Assembly: GCA_947501605.1 (NCBI GenBank)
Contig: CANMWZ010000060.1
Span: 1-13,162, forward strand
Length of the DNA: 13,162 nucleotides
Direction: 5' to 3'
From: Planctomycetota bacterium
GTDB lineage: Bacteria > Planctomycetota > UBA1135 > UBA2386
Shown here piece after piece: positions 1 through 6,578 of the stretch. The notes below the pieces were generated by a model. The model worked only from the letters and a program-made list of their open reading frames with translations, had not been told where the DNA came from and did no database searches. A program made the position numbers and the translations under genes. Each line of letters begins with the position of its first letter. Position 1 is the first letter of the stretch.

Positions 1-834
1 CAGGGCACGGTGTTGAACCAGTGGGCCGGCGCCACGGTCAACAGCGCGCGCAACGGCGAAGACGACGGCCACTTCATCGTCGCGTCGAAGATCACCAACA
101 ACGGCAACGGCACGTGGCACTACGAGTACATCGTGCAGAACTTCGACAATGCCCGCGGCGCTGCGACGCTGCGCATCCCGATGTGCTTCAGCACGGTGAC
201 CAGCAACGTGTCGTTCCGCGACACCGACGGCAACGCCCTCAACAACTGGACCTCGGCGCGCGTGGCCAACGAGCTGGTGTTCTCGGCGCCGCTCGGTAAC
301 TCGCTCGACTGGAACACGATGTTCAACTTCGCCTTCGACGCCAACGTCGGCCCGGTCGGTGGCAGTGTTGCGATCGACCAGGCGCGGATTGGTGCCGGGG
401 CACTCACGGTCGACGTCGCCACGCAGATCCCGAGCGGCATCGCCGAAGTGACGACCCTCGGTCCGGGCTGCGGTTCGCCGCTGCCGACGCTCGCGGCGAC
501 CGGCGGTCTGCCGCTGATCCCGAATGCGGGCTTCGGACTGCAGCTCTCGGCGGCGCCGGGCACGCTGGTGTTCCTGCTCTACTCGACGCAACCCGCGAAC
601 ATCGACCTCGGCCTCGGCTGCACGCAGTACCTCGATAGCGCCAACATCGTCGGCTACGGCGTCTACGTCACCGACGGCGCCGGCATCGCCAACGTCGCCG
701 TGCCGGTGCCCAACGACCTCGGCTTCGACGGCGTGCCGATCTACTGGCAAGCGGCGCAGAAAGCGGGCATCGGCCCGGTCTTCGGCCACTTCACGATCAG
801 TAACGGTCTGGCCACTCGGTTCGGCTGCCGCTGA
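1..834 (+). CDS. 5'-truncated uncharacterised protein, tandem paralog of 996..2591 (beta-rich middle domain plus shared C-terminal domain); probably secreted
   Basis: The frame is open from base 1 (QGTVLNQWAG...), so the true start lies upstream of the window. It aligns collinearly with the C-terminal half of 996..2591 (SARNGEDDGHF, NGNGTWHYEY, QNFDNARG, LDWNTMFNF, YWQAAQ, RFGCR-stop). Third codon positions are strongly GC-biased. Confidence 0.9.
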   Translation, partial: QGTVLNQWAGATVNSARNGEDDGHFIVASKITNNGNGTWHYEYIVQNFDNARGAATLRIPMCFSTVTSNVSFRDTDGNALNNWTSARVANELVFSAPLGNSLDWNTMFNFAFDANVGPVGGSVAIDQARIGAGALTVDVATQIPSGIAEVTTLGPGCGSPLPTLAATGGLPLIPNAGFGLQLSAAPGTLVFLLYSTQPANIDLGLGCTQYLDSANIVGYGVYVTDGAGIANVAVPVPNDLGFDGVPIYWQAAQKAGIGPVFGHFTISNGLATRFGCR

Positions 835-863
835 GTCGGACGGACCCGGACGACTGTCCGCCG

Positions 864-896
864 CGCGGCCCGCAACGAACTCCGTCGCGGGCCGCG
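864..896 (+). terminator. GC-rich stem-loop downstream of the first paralog (possible terminator or mRNA-stabilising hairpin)
   Basis: CGCGGCCCGC (864-873) is the perfect reverse complement of GCGGGCCGCG (887-896), about 30 nt after the stop at 834. There is no U-tract, so it is not a canonical intrinsic terminator. Confidence 0.4.
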
Positions 897-980
897 GCAT
901 GTACCGAGTTGCGTTCCACGGCAACCGCCGGCTCTAGTCGTACCGCCGATGTCCCTGTAGGTTTCCGCGCCTCACCTCTC

Positions 981-985
981 GGAGA
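981..985 (+). promoter_or_regulatory. Shine-Dalgarno-like site for the ATG at 996
   Basis: GGAGA lies 10 nt upstream of ATG996, which begins a signal-peptide-like sequence. Confidence 0.55.
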
Positions 986-995
986 ACCTATTGTC

Positions 996-2591
996 ATGCA
1001 AACACTCATTGTGGCGGGCCTGTTCGTGGCCACCGCCATTGCCCAGAGCAACACCGTCCCTGGTCTCGATGCCCGCCTGTCTTACGCCGGCGATCCCGTT
1101 TACTACGGCCGCCGTGGCGCGGCGCATCCTGGTGGCGAGGTCGCCATCATGTTCTCGTACTACATGTGCAACACGGGCACGATCGACGTGCCGTGGACCG
1201 CGCCGATGAACCCCGAGCACCCGATGTTCGGGTTCACGGTCGTGCGCGAGAAGAACGGGCGACTCGAGCAGATCACCAATCAGGCGACGACGTTCGCCAA
1301 GCACGCGTTCGGTGCCGAGAACGTGCAGCGCGACTGCGGTCCCTGTGCCCTCACCGGCACCGGCTTGCGCGTCGGTTGCAGCGACGCCTACAGCGCCAAC
1401 ACCAACTCGAACCGCTACTACCTGGCGCCGCAGAGCGAGATCGATCCGTGGACCGGCATTTGGGAGCCGGTGGGTTCCTACTTCGATCGCGGCGAGCCAG
1501 ACGTCGGCACCCCGGCCAACAGCGATGGTTCGCGCAGCCTCTTGAACGGCGCCTCGGGCGTGTTCGCGGATCAAGTGCGCAATCGCGTCACCTTGCGCGA
1601 GCAAGACTTGCTCGCGGCCGACAAGCTGTTCGTCGCGATGCACATGGTCCTGCGCGGCGAGGACGGCGACGCGCACTTCAACAACCTCGGTCGCCGGCGC
1701 GCCAACATGACGTGGAACGGCGGCACCTGGGTCGTGAGCAATGCCGCTCAGCCCTACCAGCAGGGCAGCGTGTTGCACGAATGGACCGGGGCCTCGGTCA
1801 CCAGCGCGCGCAACGGCGAGGACGACGGCCACTTCTTCGTTGCCGTCAAGGTGACGGCCAACGGCAACGGCACGTGGCACTACGAGTACGCGCTGCAGAA
1901 CTTCGACAACGCCCGCGGCGGCGCCAGCTTCCGCATCCCCCTGTGCCCCAGCGTGCAGGTGACCGGCGTGACGTTCCGCGATGTCGACCAGGATCTGCTC
2001 AACGAGTGGTCGTGGTCGCGAGTCGGCAGCGAACTGGTGTTCAGCGCACCGCTCGCCAACCCGCTCGACTGGAACACGATGTTCAACTTCGGCTTCGATT
2101 GCGACCAGGCGCCGGTCGGTGGCGATGTCGTCGTCGACCAAGCGCGACTCGGTGCCGGGGCGCTGTCGGTGACGATCGCGACCCAGGTGCCGAGCGGGAT
2201 CGCCGCGGTCACTTCGCTGGGTGCTGGCTGCGGCAACCCCGCGCCGTCGATCACCGTGCAGGGCCTGCCGACGCTGCCGAACCCTGGCTTCGGGATCGAA
2301 CTGGTCACCGAGCCGCATTCGCAGTCCCTGCTGTTCTTGTCGGCGCAGCAGGACAACGTCGTGCTGGCGCCGGGCTGCACGCAGTTCCTCATGGACGCGA
2401 GCCTCCAGACCATCGGCTTCTACGTCGCCGATGGCTCGGGGATCACGCAGGTGTCGATCCCGTTGCCGCTCGACCCGGCCTTCGACGGCGTGCGCCTCTA
2501 CTGGCAAGCCGCGCAACTGCAGAGCGGCGGCCCGGTGTTCGGCGAGTTCGCGGTCAGCAACGGCACGGCGGTGCGATTCGGCTGCCGCTGA
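996..2591 (+). CDS. Secreted uncharacterised protein (531 aa): signal peptide, Cys-containing N-terminal domain with lysyl-oxidase-like motifs, beta-rich middle domain, shared C-terminal domain
   Basis: ATG996 is preferred over the ORF-track start at 909 because it has an RBS and gives MQTLIVAGLFVATAIA|Q, a Sec signal with an AxA cleavage site. Motifs: CNTGTIDVPW, EHP, KHAF, CGPC, GLRVGCSDAY, HFNN. It is paralogous to the upstream gene. Confidence 0.9.
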   Translation: MQTLIVAGLFVATAIAQSNTVPGLDARLSYAGDPVYYGRRGAAHPGGEVAIMFSYYMCNTGTIDVPWTAPMNPEHPMFGFTVVREKNGRLEQITNQATTFAKHAFGAENVQRDCGPCALTGTGLRVGCSDAYSANTNSNRYYLAPQSEIDPWTGIWEPVGSYFDRGEPDVGTPANSDGSRSLLNGASGVFADQVRNRVTLREQDLLAADKLFVAMHMVLRGEDGDAHFNNLGRRRANMTWNGGTWVVSNAAQPYQQGSVLHEWTGASVTSARNGEDDGHFFVAVKVTANGNGTWHYEYALQNFDNARGGASFRIPLCPSVQVTGVTFRDVDQDLLNEWSWSRVGSELVFSAPLANPLDWNTMFNFGFDCDQAPVGGDVVVDQARLGAGALSVTIATQVPSGIAAVTSLGAGCGNPAPSITVQGLPTLPNPGFGIELVTEPHSQSLLFLSAQQDNVVLAPGCTQFLMDASLQTIGFYVADGSGITQVSIPLPLDPAFDGVRLYWQAAQLQSGGPVFGEFAVSNGTAVRFGCR

Positions 2592-2609
2592 ATCGCGCGT
2601 TCGTGGGAC

Positions 2610-4259
2610 TCACTGGTCGGCTGCGATCTCGGTGACGACGCCTGCGTCCACGTGCCACCGGCGCGTGAGACGCACGGTGTCGAGCATCCGGCGGTCGTGG
2701 GTGACCAACAGGATGGTGCCGTCGAACGTCTCGAGCGCTTGTTCGAGCTGCTCGATCGCCTCGAGGTCGAGATGGTTGGTCGGCTCATCGAGCGCAAGCA
2801 AGTTGACGCCGCGCGCCTGCAACAAGGCCATTGCAGTGCGCGTGCGTTCGCCCGGCGACAGCGAGACCGCCGAGCGGCCGATGAACTGCGAGCCGATGCC
2901 GAACTTGGCCAGCAGCGTGCGCACGTCGGCCGTGGCCCAGTCGGGCACCCAGCGCGAGAACACGTCGACCATGGGAAGGTCGCTGGAGAACGCCGCGCGC
3001 GCTTGGTCGACCTCGCCAACGACGACGCCGGAGCCTAGGGTCACCGTCCCGCTCGTCGGGGCGATGCGACCGAGCAGCATGGCGAGCAACGTGCTCTTGC
3101 CGCCGCCGTTCGGGCCGGTGATGGCGATGCGGTCGCGCAGGTCGAGTTGGAGGTCGACCGGCCCCAGGCGAAACGTTCCACGCTCCAGGACCGCGCCGCG
3201 TGCTTGCGCGACGACGTCGCCGGATCGCGGGGCTGCTGCGATCGTGAACTGGAGCTTCCATTCCTTGCGTGGGGCTGCGACTTCATCGAGACGCTCGATC
3301 ATGCGCTCGGTCTGCTTGACCTTCGCCGCCTGCTTCTCGGTCGCTTCGGTACGGAAGGCGCGGCCGATCTTGTCGTTGTCGCGCGCCTTGCGCCGCGCGT
3401 TCTTGACGCCCTTCTGCATCCATGCGCGCTGCCGGTGCGCGCGGGCCTCGAGTTCCGACTTGCGATTGCTGAACTCCGAGAAGGCGTCTGCAGCGTGGCG
3501 CCGTGCGGTGGCGCGCTCTTCGAGGTAGGCCGAGTAGCTGCCGCCGTAGACGGCGATGCGCTGCAGGCTGCGATCGATCTCGACGACCTTGGTCACGGTG
3601 CGGGTCAAGAACTCGCGGTCGTGGCTGACGAGGACCGTCGGCGCCGCTAGCGACTGCACGAACTCCTCCAAGTGATCGAGGCCGTCGATGTCGAGGTCGT
3701 TGGTCGGCTCGTCGAGCAAGAAGGCGTCGTAGCGCGACAATAGCAAGGCCGCGAGGCCGGCGCGGGCGGCCTGACCGCCGGACAATGCTGTCATCGGCAG
3801 ATCGAGATCGACGTCGAGGCCGAGGTCGGCGGTGACCGAATGGCTGCGCTCCTCGAGGTCGGCGCCGCCGAGCGCGAGCCAGCGTTCGAGAGCGTTGGAG
3901 TAGCGGTCGTCAGCGCCCGGCTTGCCGTCGCCCATGGCCTCCGCTTCGGCGTTCATGGTCGCTTCTGCCGCCGCGACGCCGGTGCGGCGCGCGAGCAGTT
4001 GGCGCACGCTCTCCCCGACGAGGCGTTCGGGTTCTTGCGCCAGATAGCCAAGCGTGGCGGTGGGTGGCGCCACCGTGACTGCCCCTGCGTCCGGTTGGCG
4101 AAGCCCCGCGAGGATGCGCAGCAACGTCGACTTGCCGGTGCCGTTTGGGCCGACGAGGCCGACGACATCGCCGGGTGCCACGACGAGGTCGAGGCCGGAC
4201 CAGAGTTCGCGCGCGCCAAAGCTCGCGGCGAGGCCCTTGCAGTAGATCGTGACACTCAC
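2610..4259 (-). CDS. ABC-F family ATP-binding cassette protein (two ATPase domains, no membrane domain; probable ribosome-associated translation factor)
   Basis: Domain 1: [30 protein letters not shown]. Charged helical linker ([10 protein letters not shown]...[16 protein letters not shown]). Domain 2: [31 protein letters not shown]. The start is uncertain: GTG4259 ([10 protein letters not shown]) is used, and ATG4271 is the alternative. Confidence 0.93.
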   Translation of the reverse strand: MSVTIYCKGLAASFGARELWSGLDLVVAPGDVVGLVGPNGTGKSTLLRILAGLRQPDAGAVTVAPPTATLGYLAQEPERLVGESVRQLLARRTGVAAAEATMNAEAEAMGDGKPGADDRYSNALERWLALGGADLEERSHSVTADLGLDVDLDLPMTALSGGQAARAGLAALLLSRYDAFLLDEPTNDLDIDGLDHLEEFVQSLAAPTVLVSHDREFLTRTVTKVVEIDRSLQRIAVYGGSYSAYLEERATARRHAADAFSEFSNRKSELEARAHRQRAWMQKGVKNARRKARDNDKIGRAFRTEATEKQAAKVKQTERMIERLDEVAAPRKEWKLQFTIAAAPRSGDVVAQARGAVLERGTFRLGPVDLQLDLRDRIAITGPNGGGKSTLLAMLLGRIAPTSGTVTLGSGVVVGEVDQARAAFSSDLPMVDVFSRWVPDWATADVRTLLAKFGIGSQFIGRSAVSLSPGERTRTAMALLQARGVNLLALDEPTNHLDLEAIEQLEQALETFDGTILLVTHDRRMLDTVRLTRRWHVDAGVVTEIAADQ

Positions 4260-4315
4260 AGGGGCCACCATGGCGCGCCTGTGGGTGGTGGTCAACGATC
4301 GCCTACAGTGGGCGC

Positions 4316-4558
4316 ATGAGTGATCTGCGTCCCGATCCCATCTGTCCCAACTGCGGCGGCAAGGATCTCTATGTCACGGTGAAGACCATCCCCAGCGGCG
4401 GCGGCTACTCGCCGGATCTGCTGCCCGGCCTGCGCGTTTGGTTTGGTGGCGGGAAGTTCCGCGCCGTGGTGTGCACCAGCTGCGGTCTCTATCGCCAGTT
4501 TGCCGACGAGGACGCGCGCGTGCGCATCAAGAGCTCGTCGAAGTGGACGCGGCTCTGA
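4316..4558 (+). CDS. Small zinc-ribbon protein (80 aa)
   Basis: ATG start. Two Cys knuckles, CPNCGG and VVCTSCG, are separated by a GGG-containing loop, a layout recalling small prokaryotic Zn-ribbon families such as DUF2082. Amino acid composition is natural, unlike the Arg/Ala-rich shadow ORFs. Confidence 0.8.
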   Translation: MSDLRPDPICPNCGGKDLYVTVKTIPSGGGYSPDLLPGLRVWFGGGKFRAVVCTSCGLYRQFADEDARVRIKSSSKWTRL

Positions 4559-5018
4559 GCCCACGGCACTGGCTCGGGCAAGTAGCCGCCATACCGGGTG
4601 CGGCTCTCTCGGGGCGGCGTGGTCGCCGAGTTCGAGCCGCGGCGCAGACTTGGCAGGGGCCTTCGTCGCCGGTTCGTCACCTAGCGCGCACCTAGCCGCA
4701 GCGAGCGAGTTCGGACCAAAGCGGCTGGTCGATCGTGGTCTCGAGCTCGGCCTGCCGCGGGCCCGCGCTCGCGGCCTTCGTGCGGTCGTCAGCGGCGTGC
4801 CGCCGGGTGGAGCAGAGCAGGCCGGTCCCCCGGGTTTGGCCCCACGTGTCGCTCGGGCGGAAGTGTGAAAAGCCTGCGTATCGCCGCGGCGGGCCCCGTG
4901 GGTGGTTGTGGTTGCGTCCGTCCTCGCCATAGTTCTGGGGCGTCGGTGCGGTTCCAACTCACGACCTGGGCCGCCGACCTACTTCGTCCTTTTCGCCTGC
5001 ACACAAGGGTTCGATTCC

Positions 5019-6527
5019 ATGCGCACACTTCTCACTATGGCCCTGCTCGCCGCCTCGGCGACGGCCCAGATCCAGTACTACTCTGCATATCTCGACGGCG
5101 CTCAAGAAGTGCCGGCGACTGCCACCACCGGCCACGCCTTCGCGGTTGCGCGGTTCGATGTGGGGACCAACAACGTGCAGTTGTTCTGCTACCACTCGGG
5201 ACTCACGGGTCCGGCCGTTGCTGGTCACCTGCATCTCGGGGTGGCTGGTGTGAATGGCGGCGTGATCGTTGGCATGGCGCAGACGTCGCCCAACACGTGG
5301 ACGGGCACCGGCGTGCTCACGGCCCCGCAAGCAACGGCGCTGGCGACGGCCGGGACCTACTTCAACATCCACACGGCGGCATTCGGTGGCGGTGAGATCC
5401 GCGGCCAGGCCGTGCTGTCGAAGACGACGCGCTTCACCGGCGTGTTCGCGGGCTCGCAAGAAGTGCCGCCGAATGCCAGCGCGGCGAGCGGCACGGTCAC
5501 CGCGTGGCTGCACGAGCCGGACAATCGGCTGGTCTACGTCGTGCAGTCGACCGGCCTCGTCGGCGTCTCGGCAGCGCACTTCCACCAGGCCGCGACTGGC
5601 GTCAATGGTCCGGTGATCGTTGGCCTCAATGGCGGCGCGGGGAGCTACGGCGGCGTGTCCAACCGACTCAGCGCGACGCAACTTGCAGCGCTGATGGCGG
5701 ACGGCTTCTACGGCAACATCCACACGACGGCCTTCCCGGGTGGCGAAATCCGCGCCCAGTTGCGTCGCGATGTCGGCGACCACTTCCAGACGGTGCTGCG
5801 CGGCAGCAACGAAGTGCCGCCCACGCCGAGCCTCAGTGTCGGCGGTGCGCAGTTGATCCTGAACCCGAACGGCACCGTCACGGTGACCGGCGGCTTCCAG
5901 GCGCTGCCGAGCGGCGCGGTCGCAGCGCACGTGCACCGCGGTGCCGCGGGCGTCAACGGCCCGGTGGTCTTTGGCCTCACGTTCGCCGGCGGCGTGCTCT
6001 CCGGGACGTTCACGCCGAGCGTCGTCGATCTCGCCGATCTGCGCGCCGGAAACTTGTACGTCAACGTGCACAGTGTCGCCTTCGGTGGCGGTGAGCTTCG
6101 CGGCCAACTGGCGCCGGCGACCTTGCCGAACGTCTACGGCGAAGGCTGTCTCAGCACGTCTGGCCAGCTGCCGCACATGGGTGCCACCGGCTTTGCCAGC
6201 ATGGGGTCGTCGTTCGGCCTCGACTGCTACGGCCTGCCGGTGGGCACGCTGAACGTGTTCATGCTCAGCGACCAGCGTGATCCGGGTCCCATCGAGCTGC
6301 CTTCGGTCGGCATCGCCGCGCCGACGTGCTTCGCGTTGATCCCGACGATCCTGCTGAACTTCGTGGTGTTCCCCAACAGCAACGGTGTCGCGAGCCAGCC
6401 GTTGGCGATCCCGGTCGACCCGGCGCTGCGCAACATCCCGTTGCACGTGCAGAACCTCGTGTTCGACGCCGCCGCCAACGCCGCGGGCCTGGTCACCTCG
6501 AACGCGCTGACGTTCTTCGTCCACTGA
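5019..6527 (+). CDS. Secreted CHRD-domain protein (three CHRD repeats plus shared C-terminal domain), 502 aa
   Basis: ATG5019 follows AAGGG and gives MRTLLTMALLAASATA|Q. Three repeats show the CHRD pattern [LF]xGx[QN]EVP ... HxH ... NGxV ... N[IV]H[TS]..F.GGE[IL]R[GA]Q. The C-terminus from YGEGC to SNALTFFVH resembles that of genes 1 and 2. Confidence 0.92.
   Translation: MRTLLTMALLAASATAQIQYYSAYLDGAQEVPATATTGHAFAVARFDVGTNNVQLFCYHSGLTGPAVAGHLHLGVAGVNGGVIVGMAQTSPNTWTGTGVLTAPQATALATAGTYFNIHTAAFGGGEIRGQAVLSKTTRFTGVFAGSQEVPPNASAASGTVTAWLHEPDNRLVYVVQSTGLVGVSAAHFHQAATGVNGPVIVGLNGGAGSYGGVSNRLSATQLAALMADGFYGNIHTTAFPGGEIRAQLRRDVGDHFQTVLRGSNEVPPTPSLSVGGAQLILNPNGTVTVTGGFQALPSGAVAAHVHRGAAGVNGPVVFGLTFAGGVLSGTFTPSVVDLADLRAGNLYVNVHSVAFGGGELRGQLAPATLPNVYGEGCLSTSGQLPHMGATGFASMGSSFGLDCYGLPVGTLNVFMLSDQRDPGPIELPSVGIAAPTCFALIPTILLNFVVFPNSNGVASQPLAIPVDPALRNIPLHVQNLVFDAAANAAGLVTSNALTFFVH
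5070..6110 (+). repeat. Three tandem intragenic CHRD domain repeats (approx. 5070-5410, 5430-5760, 5780-6110)
   Basis: Repeated motifs: LDGAQEVP / FAGSQEVP / LRGSNEVP and GGEIRGQ / GGEIRAQ / GGELRGQ. Confidence 0.88.
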
Positions 6528-6544
6528 TCGGGACGGAGTTCGTC

Positions 6545-6578
6545 GTCGCCGGCCGCGCGCTCAGCGTCGGCCGGCGAC
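6545..6578. terminator. 11-bp perfect inverted repeat at the convergent gene junction (possible bidirectional terminator)
   Basis: GTCGCCGGCCG (6545-6555) pairs with CGGCCGGCGAC (6568-6578). The loop contains the stop codon of the large minus-strand gene. There is no U-tract. Confidence 0.4.

Noticed and set aside
99..2091. Identical 30-31 nt repeats as possible CRISPR repeats or mobile element ends
   Set aside because: They lie in frame within paralogous coding sequences 1760 nt apart, with no spacer array, cas gene or transposase.
972..2516. 514-aa minus-strand ORF, and likewise 4959..6524 (-), 1166..2635 (+), 2221..3528 (+) and 6651..7802 (+)
   Set aside because: These are Arg/Ala-rich shadow or alternate-frame ORFs that overlap well-supported genes.
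2610..4259. Calling the ABC protein a transporter subunit or a resistance gene
   Set aside because: There is no permease gene nearby and the layout is ABC-F. The subfamily cannot be assigned to an antibiotic-resistance clade by eye.
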